From contig JYFJ02001286.1 of the NCBI GenBank assembly GCA_000934665.2, positions 1-64,000 of the forward strand: a DNA stretch of 64,000 bases, given 5' to 3'. Made by a program: the position numbers and the translations under genes. A model generated the notes under the pieces. The model had not been told where the DNA came from. It did not search any database and saw only the letters and a list, made by a program, of their open reading frames with translations. Each line of letters begins with the position of its first letter. The first letter of the stretch is position 1. Positions 26,601 through 41,600 of the stretch are shown here, piece after piece. Origin of the DNA: Catajapyx aquilonaris. Lineage: Eukaryota.

Positions 26601-29600
26601 TTTCAGGGCTAATGTTCCGTTTCACATCCACCACTCACATGCCACTTTCCACTCGGGACTTCAGAGAGCTTGATATCAGTGCGGCTGACAAAGGCTAAAC
26701 CGCATAAGTATTACTAGTTACAATAATAATAATAGAGGTGGTCAGAAAATTCGAATAATACCGAATGTATTATTATGCAGAATGGGTGGGGAAGTATACC
26801 TTTCTAAAATGGGTTTTGCAAAATGGCAAAACATGGGTGTGTCAGAATGACAGCTTATGTAGTACCCCGCCTTTCATATTCAAATAACAACCACTAGAGG
26901 CACCGTTTTAAATGGTCAATTATGAAAACGTCAAAAACCCGACCTTGCCAATATGCACGCTGCAAACAAATTATACGAAAAGTATTTGCTCTGGCAATAT
27001 GAGATCTAAAAATATGCAAGACAAACAAGGAAAAGGGCCCTTTTCTTTCTAATTTTCCGAATGTCAATTGTCCCAACCTTGAAAAGTCAGGTTTGGTTTT
27101 GAAAATGAAAAAATACCTGCCCTACTCTGTCATTACTCATTCTGTATACGCTCGCACCTGACTTCCACATAATACTATTCCTGCGGCCACCTTTTCCTCC
27201 CCCTCCTATCTTCCAAAGAACTCTAAAATTACAGAACATGTGCAGTTGGAAAAACTGGGCGTTTAAGGCCTCTTCCCACGATTTCTTCAAGGCGATGAGG
27301 TGTACCTCTCAACCTCCTTGATTGCAACCCCTGCTCTATTCAACCTCACCCTATAAAACCAGGGGTCTCCCCCATCTTCTTTTTGAGGAAAGATCTTTTC
27401 TCTTGCCTTGCATTAACCATTTTGCCTGGCCGCCTTTGGCTCTATGGGAAGGAAAGGAAATGCTTTTCAACCCGCGAATGATGATCCGGCCTTTTGTGAA
27501 TCTTCCGGGGGGCTCCTTTTACCATTTTTTTTTCCTTTCTCAAGACAGGCTGGGTAAGATTTGCTCTGCGAATTTGGGCTGAGGAACAGTTAGGATGCAT
27601 AAATATGGGTGACTTTTGCTGCACTCGATAACAATATCGATTGTCTATACATTTGAATCACTTTGGTGCATTTGGAAGGTTTTGATAAGAAAATCCTGTC
27701 AATTCAACCATTCAGCGCGGTTCCTAAAATAATCAAAGGCGAAAGCGTGCATTAACATGAAAATCAATTTTTCAGTCTGTAGCCTGCAGCTGTGCCTCCT
27801 CGGGACAGAAATCAAATATTTGAGCTCTTAGGGAACTTGCCCTTCTGTCTCTCCTCGTTTAAAGACCCAGTTCTTTTGAATAATTTCCGAACTGACTCAG
27901 CTTAGAAAAAAAAGAAAAAAAGAGAAAAAAAGAGTTCGTTCCCCAGAAGCTGTGACAGTTTTCCAATACGGGAGGAAAAAGACGGAAATTGGCCGCTTCC
28001 TGGACCACAAAAGCTAATACCAGGCAGCACTTGAATATGGAATATTCCACCAACGACTATCCGGTCCTATTCCAGAAAAAAACCACACGATTGTTCTTCT
28101 CCAACGTCAATTACACACGAAACTGAAGGTTCAAAAGAGACGAGAATGGGGAAAATAATACTTCCAATAGTATTTTTTTTCTGCCAGTCCTATTCAAGTG
28201 ATAATGTGTAGCACGATAGTTCCAAAAGTTTGTCCAATAATTAGGCCCAGCATGCATTAATATTTGACCAAACCAATACAAATATCACAAAATGACTGGC
28301 AGCACCTATCGATTTCGCAACTTTCCCATAGTAATGTCTACGAAATTTCTTGTGGAGACGGCAAAATGTAGTTACAAATTCAGAAGCTAAACATGCCGCA
28401 CTATGTGCACTCGTGTGAGCCCATTTTTTTTAGGAGGGCCAGACCCCTCTCTCAAAAAACACGCATGCATGATGCCGCAGTACGGAAACGGCCACGACCC
28501 GCTGTGTATGGCTGCTTCATGCTTGACACGCAACGCACCATTAGACCACTTTTTCTCTCTATTTAGTCCACCCCACCTCCACCATCCCCTACCTCTTCAA
28601 ATTGCCAAAAGTGCAATGGGAGCTCCAAAATAAATGTACGCAATATCCGTTTGTTACGTGGAGTCAAGACAGCCAGTTTTTCTCATCTGCAATATTTATT
28701 TATCAAGGGAGACACTTGTATTATTTGTCGAGGGGTGGAAGGTCATTATTTATTATAGGGTGACGGTTTCCTTATTTTGGGAAGGGAAGCGTCTAAGAAA
28801 TAACGGCGCGTTATTGCCTAGGAATTTTTATGGGGAACGTGGCTGCACCTGTACTATTATGTGAATCCTGCATAAGCATAAAAGTCAAATCACATTTTTT
28901 ATTCCATGGAAAGAATACTTTTTTGGACATTGCTTTTGGCAAGGGCTAATCAGTGGAAGGTTGATTGAACCGTGGAAAACCCTTCAATCGCGCTCCACAC
29001 GCGTTCCTAATCCAGAGTTATGTGGACCTTGCTGGCTGTGTGGTGTGACCTGCTCATCTGCTACGTCACAAAAAGAAATATAAATGAGGGAGCCAGGCAG
29101 GGATTAAATGCTGAGGGCGTGACCGCTTTGTCGTCGCAAAAAAAGCAGTGGCCTCTAGTATTACAGATGAACTGTGCATTGTGCAATAGTGAAAAAGGCA
29201 TATGGAAGCACACAAAAAAACAGCTTCATTTAAAAGGCGAGAGAGAAAATGTGGTGGCTTCCAAGGGTTCGGAAATAAACGTCAGATTTTATCGTGGTTG
29301 ATGTAGCCGAAAGAAAACTTTTTACTCTAACCCGTATAGGGCTATTGTTCTGGTGGAAAATATATAGTAAAAAATAAGGCAGAACCCAGAGCAGGTCAGC
29401 CTTTTATTCCACATCGTCTGTCAAGCATATCCCACCCCTACCTTGAACAGCCTATATATAGCTGGAGAAGACTAATCATACACCCACTGGTGTACATCAT
29501 TTTAATTTGGATGACAACCGAGAAGTTTTCAGACTTTAAAGGCTGGCCCAAGGCTTCATTATTTAATTATCGGCATACACGGTACCGTCTGACCAGTTTG

Positions 29601-32600
29601 GGTGTTTTTCCCAGTAATAATTAGTGGGTCAAAGGGTTCGAATTCCAAATACAGATCAGACTGCTAAAAGTGTAGACCCTGGAAACACGCGTGATTGCAT
29701 GTTTACCTGTCTGCCTATACACGTGACCGCAGCCCTCCTATATCTTTCGTGCATGTAATATATTCTGCCGAGTAATTAAAAACGATGCGAAATCTATTAA
29801 TCACGTAATCATTACAGTACTACACGGGGACCAGCTAATGTATACAGAACGCTGCATATTCAAACGTAGCCGGAGAATATGTACCATTATCATAATAGCT
29901 ACCGGTACCTGAAATTTGTCACGTGAGACCTTCAGTCGAAAGGTTTTTATCGCCCATAGTGTCTGTAACCTACATAGAACCCGATGGTTGCATTTTTTTA
30001 AAAGAGAGGGTTTTAGTAATACTTCATGACATCACGCACGAAGGTTCCGTGTAAGCATTACTGACGCTGGTCTCTGTTCTGAGCAGAATCAAACGGTCAC
30101 GAATGTTAATCAAACGAATGACAAGATCTGAAAGTATAGGTAATTGAATTGAAATAATGCCAGGGACAAGGCTACATGTGTAGCCACCGATGAGACTGCA
30201 ATCCCTCAGTATGAGCAGTGCGTATAAGAGGCTTGCCCACATATTAATGAGCTGGAACAAAACATTACATCGTGACTCGGATTTTTCATAACCCTGTGTA
30301 ACTGCTGCAGCATGGGGGCACAAATGTGGAACCGCTTTTTGAATGCTTCTCTCACGTGGAATCAGATAAGTCGGAACACCGTATTAATGACGAAACTAAA
30401 GAGGGAAAATGTAAAACAAACCTCTTCTTACAAGTTCCAACGACAGCTGCCTGTCCCCCTTTTTGTGTCGCGGATGACATTTGGACAGCGCGCGTTTCTA
30501 AACTCCAGACGAGCGTTGCATAACTGCGTGATGCCGTGCACTGTGTCGCAAAGTACTTCAACCGTTTTCCTGGGAAAATGTCATTTTTTTTTTGCAACGA
30601 GGGAAAGTTTAAGTCAGAAAGTTATTAAAATTGGCACAAACTGAAGAAATGTGGTCATCATTGGAGCTGAACATATCGATTGTGGTAGTTCATGAAATAT
30701 GATTCGCAGTCTCGATCAAATAAATTATCGCAACATCGCAGAGCTATATTTGGCACCAGGCTGGCCCTGAAGGCTACTGGTGCCATTCACCATGTGATTT
30801 AAAATGGTGCGTGACTTCGGTGACATCAGCAAGCAAGCAATAAGACCGGAGTTTTACGTAAGGTCATTGTCCCACACACCACTTGCGCTCGAAAAAAAAA
30901 ATCAAAATAAAATGCAGATAGAGACAAGCATCAGGGAGCTCGTATATAGGCGGGACAGTTTGATTGCCACATTATAATGCAGTGTCACGGTGAGATAGCT
31001 CGAGACGAGAGTCATTAATCTGCACAGGTTACTTGGATCACGCGAACCAAATCATAATCCCCCCCAACCAGCCGACGAAATTAATCCCGCCTATCACGAC
31101 ACACATTACCGCCGATCACGAACTTTCTTGCTCATGTCTCAGGGAAAAACTGGAGCAAAAATGTGCACATCCAACTGTTCATTTGCATACATTTAACCCC
31201 CAAGAGTGGCCGTAAATTTGTCTGTCTGCCGGTAACCCCATCTCTCTTGTCTCAGGTGTCACAAGGGGAATACGTCGCCTTGTTCAGTCTTCCTAGGTGG
31301 TCCCTTGACGACAACCGACTAGACGCCTCCCTACACACCACTTTCCTTTTTTTTTCTACCCTTGGACTACCCCCCTAATGTTAGTATTTATTTGTCCACA
31401 TCCAGAAGGGATCGTATTCCACTGAGCCAGGATTAATAAACACTGTCAGCACTAAGTAACGCGTGGTGTCTTCGTCTCAGTGGGGCATTGAAAGAAATCC
31501 GACTTAAAAACCTGCTAATTCGCTCCGAGCTACTGCCTTATAAAAATGGTGGTGACGAGTGGCGACAACTGTAAAGGGGACACTTTGACAAATAATAACT
31601 CACCCGGTATGAGGTTTTAATTACATGGACCGGTAGAGAAGGGAGGCTGAGTTTTAGCTGAGAGTGGAGCAGTTGTCATGTTGGGTCCAGAAGCGAATGA
31701 CGTGACGAAACAGGCGCCAAATGACAACATCCCGACGGATCCCGGTGGATTGGCATGAATATTTAGTGGTGGAGAGTGGGAAAGTCGCCAGCGCGTCCCG
31801 CAGAATGTTCTGTGTCTGCCTATGGCGCAGAAAACAGGGCCAAAATCCGACGAACGTGACATCCGGGTTTTAATATTTATGTGCTGGAATATCACGGACT
31901 TTGCGGGAAACCGAGTGACTCGGACCGAACATTTCCACGTATTGAATTTTTGAATATGGTTTCCGACAAGTTCTGGCATGTTAAAAACCCGCTCACTTGA
32001 ACCAGCCTAAGGATATACACTTCTCACAAATTGAAGAAGACACCCTGCATGTGTTGACTTTTATGTATGTCTGAACCCATTTACAACCGTGTCTAGATTT
32101 TAATATTACGCGCCTGTGACCCTGCTCCGTCGCGAGCTAATGAACCGCACATTTTTCAATTTCCTCCCACTAAAAGTTACAGTCAGCCCCAGCCAACTCC
32201 TCATGCTGAAACATTTTTGAATACTAAATACCTTGAAATTCAACTTGTCATATAGCCAATTCAGTCGTCATCCTGTAAAATGTGAAGCCAGCAAAAAAAT
32301 GGCTGCCTACTCGTGCAAGTTCCCCGGATGAATACCGAAGCGCCGCCTATCTGGACGCCACAGAAACTCCCCCACCCCGGTGTGGTCACATAGCCGTACT
32401 TTCCACCGCGGTTCACCACCACTTTCTCGCTCGATAGAGCAGCCCAAGCATCCAACACGCATGAGTCATTAGCACAAAAACGGCTATACTGGACATCGTT
32501 TAGGCGTCCAATGGACTAAGGCCTGTGTTGTGTTGCTGTGTGCTGTCAAAAGTGCGAGTCGTAAAGGAATATCCCTTTCAGTGGATCGACGCTGCTCCAA

Positions 32601-35600
32601 AATTGCGTTCATGGGGGAAACTCCGTTTCATTACGTCCAATGGTGGGCATTACTACCACTAACGATTCAATTGTAGGTTATGTCCATTGTGTGTGGGAGG
32701 GAACCTGACAAGCGTGAATTACTTATTGACTCCAAGCGCTGATGGTGAAGGGGGTGGAAAATTTTGATGTCACAGTTACATCCACAACATCATCTCCGGG
32801 CATTGTTGGGAGTTGTATGCCTGAGCCTCATCAGCCAGGTCCTGGCCCCTAATTTTGTAAGTTATCATATACACTCCGAATGGTCGTGGTGTACACCGGG
32901 GAAGGCGATGTCCTCACGTTCTACCCATGCATATGTTACTGAAGGGCATTAAAACTATGTTATGGGAGGGTCGTGAAATTGCCCGTTTTCCCCCATCTAC
33001 ACTATAACATGGTCATTTTGGTGCGAGCTACACTGCATGCTTTTCACTTCTAGAAGGATGCAGCCTGTCACATAACATGCACTCGTTCCTCTTTTACGTG
33101 TAAGTAGAAATGAACGCTACCGGGTAATGTGCCATAAAGTTAGAGAAGTTACATTTACTGAACCATTATGATTACGCCAGTGCAAGCTGTGGATTCCGTT
33201 GTTTGCGAATGCCTCTCGCCTGCGCTCGCCCATAACTTATAGAAGAATGTAATTTAGAGGCAGATGCCTTAAACGGCTTTATTCGAAAACAAGATGTGCA
33301 AAAATGTTTCGTCCAATCTTACACTTTTAATGGAAAATTCTTCAAAAGAAAATGCCAGGTATACTATCTCGACTTTTTATTTCGGGAGCCCAGAAATGAC
33401 GGAAAATATCCGAGAGCAAAGTGCCATTTCAGATGAAACGGATAATTATTGTAGCTCATTTAAACCCGGTTATGACCCTGCACTGCCTTTTCTTCTCCCA
33501 ACACTCCCGGAAATTCTGCGCTCATTTATGCAGGCTCAGGACAAAAATTAACGGATGTTTCACCCTACTTCCAGGACTAAAACGGCGCCTTGTAAAAGCC
33601 CCCATAAATTACACCCATTTCTAGAAAAAAAGGAAAGAAAATTTTTGTAGGAAACCACCACGTTTCTTTTTTATCATCCATAATTCTCCATTTCAAAAAA
33701 AAGAGAGAAAAGTTTTAGTGAGTAGATCCCAATGAAACGTGTCGAGCTTGTGAAGTATGAGTGTCATCCAGCATCCGGACCACCACCCGAGTAAACTATA
33801 AAAAAAAGTTTGGCCACCACTGCTGTCTAATTATACTGGGACAGCAGGTAAATCCAAATGGCAGGACAGGAGCTATAAAACTTTCATAACGAGGTGAAAG
33901 GTGCATTTATATAATCCGAGGTCGAGGTGGGAATAAACAGTGTGGAAAACACCCCCCCCCCCCCCAAAAAAAAAAAAAAAGTTAAAAATTCCGAGTGTCC
34001 CTGTTCAGCATAAATCGTACAGTGATATACATTCGAGCTCGGAGAGCTCCATGTACGGCATGATGACGGCGTGTAAAGTCTTGTATTCCGCAGTCTTCCA
34101 GTCAACGGAAAACAAATGGATGGGGTCACAGGCTTGTTAGTCCGGACATGTACCTGTCCTTTAATCTGCAAAATCTATCACCCGCCGTAGAAAAAAAAAA
34201 GTAGACAACCGAAAACCACATCAGTATTCTATCCACTTAATATCATTTTTCATCAGTCACTCGGATCTCGACACTACTTCTCACCTTGGTTCCCGGAAAT
34301 CCCCACTTATTTACTGTGTCACCATACTTGTTAACACCTTGTTTTCCCCAACCAACCGAGCTCAAGTTACCTCGGATTCAACCAATGCACAAATAACCGA
34401 AAGGTCAAACCTCCAAAGCTACAAAACTTGTCCTTGTCACACACGTGCTTATTCCGTTCAGACTCAGATTAGCTTTCCAAAAACCTATGGCAAAACTCAG
34501 TCTAAAAATCTTCAAACCCCACCGCCCTCATCGGTCTTCTTTTACTCATTAAACCTATTAGACCTCACTTAGAAAGACCGTCATGCCCTCTGACCCCAAG
34601 GCTCCGATTAAACATCATTTGTATGTGCAGGCAACGATCCCAGTGGTAAATCTACCAAGGAGGTTATGCCACCCCCCTGTTCCTAAAGAAAAAAAAAACT
34701 GAACCCCGGTCCTCTATAAGACAAGCCTTGCATCAGCGCCTTCCCCCAAATCCTTTTCCCCCCACGAGGAAGCCAGCAACCATTAACTTCTTCGCAGACA
34801 CGAGTGGATGAGCTAATGCACCGCTGTGCCTCCAATTCCCTGCCGACTACCCCATTTTGCCCAGAAACCAACTTTTTCTCCTAGTTTTTTTTTACAAGGA
34901 TGTTACCTGTTGGATGCCTTGGGATGGGGATTACAGGTAGATGAGCTGAAGTTACTTCCTCGTTTGCATTATGGAGGAAGTCCAACCTGATGGAGATGTA
35001 TTGCAAGTGCAGGAAATGGGGTCCAATTTTTCCTAATTCCGCACGCTTTTTGAGTTGGTGAATTTTTTAGATATCTATGCTGAGAAGCTGGCGGCTGCTG
35101 AAAAGGGAGGGCCCTTGATTAGGAGTATGGGAAAAGAGCTGGCCTATTTTTAAAGTCTGAACTACTCCAGCAGAAGGGAATGGGGAGGGAGAGAGGAATG
35201 GTCTAAAACAAGGCGAAAAAACAGTCAGAAAAAAGTCCAGGGTTGTGAATGTCGTCTTGGTGGAAAGAAACAGAAAAAAGGAAGACCCCACCCAAATGGT
35301 GTTGGAAAAAGAGACGGGTTAGGGTGGGGTATACCAAGCGGGTCATTTGTGCCTGTGCCAGATAGACTTATCTGAAGAAGAAAAAGCTGAGTCAAGCTCA
35401 AGAAAAAACTGTGTCATTCACGAAATGAATTGTAATATGCAAATATCACCTTTCTCCAAACGTCATGTAGAAAAATTACCTGCCTAATTACATCCTGCTA
35501 GATATCCCCACCAATTTGCCCAACCCCCAGCATTTTAATTACATAAACTCCCTTGACACAACTCCTTAGGGCTAGTCAACACAATCGTGACCCACACACA

Positions 35601-38600
35601 GATTTTTTATTCCTTCTTTTCCTTTAAGCCCACCAGGAAACTTGTTATTAAAAAGATAACTCATCTTAACCTCCAACCTGGGCCAGGCATCATCCAAAAT
35701 GGGGGAGGTCAATCCAGCCAACAATCGGTTCCTATCCCGACCAATACGTGGGGGATTGATAAATTAATAACGAAATTCGAGGAGGGGTTAACGGTGGCCT
35801 CCCTGCGGCCATTAGTTTGCGAAGATTTTCTCACGCCCTATGGAAATAAATGCGAGGAGGAGCGACACGGAATCCACAGGCACCAGGTGATTCTATAGAT
35901 AGGCGACGGCCATTAGTATGTGAGGAGGGCACCTGTAATGGTCCACGGGAGGAAAATGGGATTTGATCCACGGGATGCCTTCAAACATCCCTTTTCCGTT
36001 AGTACGACGCCATAAGCGGGCGCCACGAATTTGAATCGATGGAAGCTTCCTTGAATGCCAATCCAGTTTTTTTTACTGTAGATCGTTCCACGTGCCTATC
36101 CTGACAATCAGAGCCTATTCCAGACGGATACAAACGGTATGCAACAAGATGAGCAAACTGTGGGCCAAAAGCAAATTTTTACACAATGGAACCAAGATAT
36201 GAATTTTTGTTGAATTTTTTGACATATTTTAACTATAAATCTCACAACTGTACAAATGTCCTATATGCAGGACGCTAGGAATATATGGGTTAATGGCGAT
36301 TACTCACAGTTTAAATATATTCAGGTTGTAAGTCTACTGTTTTCAGTTTGTCGACAGACAGCGGCTTACAAAATAGGATGTCGGCTTGACATTTTGTCTA
36401 CATTTTGAGTCGGGGTCAGGACAGCAGACTGAGCAGGCCCCGGGGAAAACGACCGGCCCATGTGTACAGTGACCCCCGTGTTTGGCTCTCAACTTGTAAA
36501 AATGTTCCCGGAAGAGGCGGCTGAAATTGAAACATAAATCATTGCCATGTCCTATTCCAGAATGCGACTTATTTACATAGAGAGATAGGCTGTACCATGC
36601 CCATCACATCTCCGTCAAATTCACTGTGCCTCCTTGTGAGCGCGCGAATAAGAAAAAAAATCGTCGACCTTTCGGTCGCAGGGTCAGCGTCCTCTCGAAT
36701 ATTAATTGCCCTGCGTAATCATCTTGGCCCGTCGATGACCCCAAGAATCCTTTTTTTTTTCAAGGGGCAGATAATGCTATATTAGTTTCTGTCGGAAGGA
36801 GTGGGAGTGACCCGTGACCCAAGCGAGGTGCAGCGATACCATCTGCATAGTTCGCACGTGGTACCTAGCCATCCCTATTTCTGTTCTGTCCGGATTATTC
36901 ACCGGAACGCTGCTCTTCACACACTACTGGCTCCAGATTATAATGTCTCTTCTCCGCCGACCCGTGCCATTCCATAACTAATTGCTGGCCCCGTTGATTA
37001 ATTATGTAGTTTCACTTATTGGGTTAAGTGTGGGTTGAGGATCATGACGAACCCGCATGCGAGCCGTGATTTATGAATGGCCTGAAGTCGCTGATCTGAA
37101 GGTGCCAATGTCACGAGTCCTCCTCCTAAAGTATCTGACAGTGAGCTATTGATTTCTGCTGGCGTGTAAATTTGGGCAATATCCGTCTGCTGGTAATGGG
37201 AAGCAGTCGCAGGTAAAAATAGCGGTGTCGAAGGACGAAACGGCTATCGCCTCTTTTGTTGTAAACATAAGACCTGCTAGTTCTAGAATTTTTGTGTTTT
37301 TTTTCTGAAAACTTCCCCATCAGTTCAGTCAAATCTGGAAGCCATTCGGAGGTAACAGCCCGTAGGAAACCTCTTTTTTATCCTTTAGGTTCTCTCTCTC
37401 TGGCTGCAGCGATCCCGACAATGGAAGCAATCGAGAAACGGAGTTATAAATTGACTTCCCGTCACGGCCGAGATTGTGGAAAAGCGCCGAACTGCCCCTT
37501 TCCAATTCCTCCACTCTGGGATTATAAGGCCCTAATGTGGAGTCATCGATCACACTTAAATTGAATGACCCAGCATGCAACGCCCCCTGTTAAGCGATAG
37601 AAAAAGCTGCGATTGGAAGGTGCTAGTAAAACTATATACCTGACCCGGGTTAATAACTGACCTCAACCATCAACATTCACGTGAAGTGCACCCGAATGGA
37701 CCACCCAGGCAAAGGGCACCCGTAATTTGGTATACAGTCGATAATTAAGGCTTGTAATTAATTGGTAGCCTCCAGCCGGGAAGTGCGTCTTTCATTAGCG
37801 AATTACCAACCTGATGGACCGGACTTGGAAAAAAGAGTGGGCTTGCATGTCAGAACTCAGGTACTTTGGTACGTTTTTGTGTGTGCGCGGGGGGAAGGTC
37901 AAAAAGTTTGACGTCTAACCATATCGTACTACTAGGCGTATACACGGTGTTCTGACAAGAGACCATTCACGGCCTTATTAGCAGGAAAAGGAACTGCTAT
38001 GCTTTTTCTGGCTGCTTTTTCAGGTATAACGCTTTGAGCCCTGTCACAGGGCGTCTGGTACGGGATTGCGACTATCTTTTACCAGAGTCTACCGATACCG
38101 GTATATTATTAACATCGGGAAATTTGCATTCTTCCGTGATTGATTACACAACTGGTTCATAGCACATTTCTGGAATAGATATCAGCCTGATGACTGAGTG
38201 GAAAACACACTTGGCGATTTAAGTCAGAGCCTCTTTTCCTTCCAACAATACTTTGGGTGGTAGTAACGATTTCGGTTAGGGCTGTCATAAGCAGTTTTCC
38301 GTAGTTGAACTGTTGGCACAACTCGAGCACCATTCGTGCATATTAAACGAATGTCCTCCCAGATGAAACCCTTCGGGCTCTGAAACGTGTCCAGCAAAGC
38401 ATCCAAGCCGGCGAATGGGACAATCGTCTAACAAACCGTCTAAAAGTCCGTCCACAAAAGGATGACTAATACGATTGGGCTCCCCATTAGGTCCCCCACA
38501 GTGGCACAGAACGTGCCTAACTATCCCTTTTAAGCCCAATTTCTAAGCCCATCTGTATCCCGCGGAGACGAACTAACATGACAAACACGTCGTCGGGGAT

Positions 38601-41600
38601 CATCAGCCGAAGAACCCGTAACCCACCGCCGAAACCAACCAAGCATGGTCAATTGGGTGTCCCCCTTCGCAAGGGTGACCTCCATGTTGAGTCAGCACTC
38701 TTGTGTCCACAGAGACCTCTGCCGGGTGGGGGACGTAATTGAGTTACGCCCCGAAGAGTCCTTCACAATTTTGACGACTGTGGACCCAGTTCTTGCAGAA
38801 TCATGCGAAAGAGCATGGCCTGATGGAGTGCTGCTTTCGAGAGCACCGTTGTTTTTACGGTGTATTATTTGAGAGTACGGGGGATTGGTGCAGGGGACGG
38901 GCTGGATTGGGACATGTCACTCCAGCGTAGCATATGACAACACGATTGTATGATCAAACGAGGGGGTCTTGTCATTCAGGAAATGAGGCGTGATAATTAA
39001 AACAGGAATTGCCCGGTTTGTGAAGCAGCGCACAGTACATGGAGTACAGTTTTACTCATAATAATTTGCATGCGTCATACATTGTAGATATTCTGGCTTC
39101 TTTTAGCTGGCAGTTTACACAAGGGCCTCACTCCAGGATAGATATCTTCTATTAGAAACTCTGAGGGTTTTCACGTGGTGCAGACCCCGCCGTGCCGATG
39201 ACAGCTCTCTAGAGGTTGTGACCTCACACTATCTGGGACTGAGGGGAAAAGCTTCCTCTTACTAAATAAACTTCTCTCATCCCTAAGCTGCATCCGCTCA
39301 TTTGGACCAATACGGGGCGCATAGTATTCGTTTTATAGCCTAAACGGCACCACTGATTGCACCAGACCCCCTGAAGCTTTTAGAGAAGATTCCAACATAG
39401 GGTGTATTCAGAGGGAGACTCGTTCGGCTAAATTACTTGTGTACAATGGGTAAAGACTGTCGACCGCCTCGGGGGTTAAATTTAGGAAAAGAAGACGGAG
39501 TTTCCTCGTAACTTTTACTCTAAAAAATCTCCGGGCTCCCAGGGCTGGCGGAAAACAAAGCTTGAGAAATCTGGGAGATGAGCGAAGTTTTCGGTTATGT
39601 GGCTAGGATTATACAAGCCCAGTCTGCTGGAATGAAGCAAAGGGCGCAAGACAGGTTTACTACAACCCATTCCCGTGTCGTTTACAGGGTCTGTCTTCAC
39701 GCAGTTTTCTTAGCAACAAACTTGAGCGTCGAAGACATTCATGGCCAAGGAACGCATCTGCCGGGGCCAGGCCGTATGAGTGAGCCTTCTTTTGGCATTT
39801 AGTGGCCATAAACATCATAAGCAATCATATGCATCACATTCTGGAGATGTAAAAATGTCCACATGGTCTAGGTACCGGGGGCTGGCGGCAGCAGCAGGAG
39901 GACCAGTGGAATGAAAATATAAATCGCTGCTGAATGATCTGCAGCAGCTCCATGGCGACCTTAATTGCACGGAACCGAGATTCAATAGGCCCAGCTCTCG
40001 CCTAGGAAAATTTACGCTTGCGTTAGCACCTTTTTCTTGGCCAAAGTTGGGCGTACTTTATTATTCTTTGACGCCTTCTTCAATACATCCTCATTAGCGG
40101 CGCCTCTGCATTATTCTCCTCCCAATTAAGCGTCCTGAAGGAGTAGAGCGGCTATTGTTGCCGCCTACACTTCGTGAGGCGTGGCGTTTTCATATAAATA
40201 TGCGCCTCTTTAGCGTGGGGGAGAGAAATCGATGTGACGCAATTAAGCATTGTGCGGGACACTTTGCACCCTCTCACAAACTCTGTACATCTCTCCAAGA
40301 TTTTTTTTGAGGAGGGGGTAGCCCCCACTTCTTTCTCAAGTCCTTTTTACTTTCATCGGATGCAGCAGGCGTCCGTGTAGAGAAAGCCGAAGGCATCAGG
40401 CGAGATTCAAATTTATTATAAGGGCGCGATTGTGATTAGAGGGTGATTCATGTGGCTGTCAGTGTCAGCTGGGGACGAAAAAACAGAGACGGCGGACTGG
40501 GGGGCTTACAAAGAGAGAAGTCATATTGTTGCATGTGCTGCGCAGCGACTGGCTCGACTGGACAACATGTTTTCAGAGTCTGGACGCATCAGGATTAATT
40601 ATTCTTAACACACGGGGCTATTTGTTAAAGACATGTTCATGCCAGGTTTTCAATCAGCCACCTACAGTCTCACTTTTATCAAGTTGCAATTGAATGCCTT
40701 TCTATTGCTACGGGAAAGCCTCACAGTAGGCCTATCCATTGTCAGCTAAACTCAGCACTTAGGAGACGGCCACACCGTGCAAAAACGCAGTAAAGAGAAC
40801 GGGAAACAATCCATACATCGTTCAAGTTCCCCCACTTTTGGCCGGCAGTAAAATTGAGTAAGACAACAATCCTTCTGGGACACTTGAAGTCCTTTGAAGC
40901 GACTGAAAGCTCCCAAAAGCCCCAGTTGTTCTGGCAGAGCGAGCAGGCGGTCTGATGTCCCCCTTTGCACGCATCCTTTCCATCTCGATCCTTTTCTGTG
41001 GCTCGTGCCAAGAGTAGCTGAGTCAGACGACAGGAGCCATCCGCCATCAGAGCGTGAATCAAGGGGGTCTGCAACTTCAGTGGCCCACCGACCGACCGAC
41101 AAGCGACTCCGGAAAGGCGAATTAGAAGGGACGCGTCCTTCCGTCACGAGTGCTGACATCCACTTTGCCCGAGGGGGCGCAGCAGTAGCTGGGTCCGGGA
41201 TGGACGCCGCAGGGTTGCCAGCCGCTGGCCACACTTACCAGCTGGATAGATTTCCGGGGCAGAGATGGTTCCCACGTTGGTCCGTCTCCTCTTCTGACAC
41301 CAAGACGAAGCCAAATTCCACACCATCTCACCGAGCTCATCAATCTTTTAGGGCAGGCGGGATGCCGCAGCTTTTGCACGAGCAGGGAGGCGCCAGTTGA
41401 GAGTTTTCACGTCATAATCCTGGCCACAACTCCTGGGGATGCATTTCCAAAGTGAGGCATGAGTGTGGGGGAAGTTGGAGGTACCCATTCTGGGAGTGAG
41501 GAGGGTTCAAAGGAGCGGGCATGGACCCAGAGAGAATGATTTCACTAAGGCGTTTTTACGCGACGTTTTATGATTTTCAATTAATTTCTTTATTAAGGCA

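Noticed and set aside
29630..29650. GGTTCGAATTCC, a Pol III B-box-like motif
   Set aside because: There is no A box or cloverleaf, so no tRNA or SINE can be supported.
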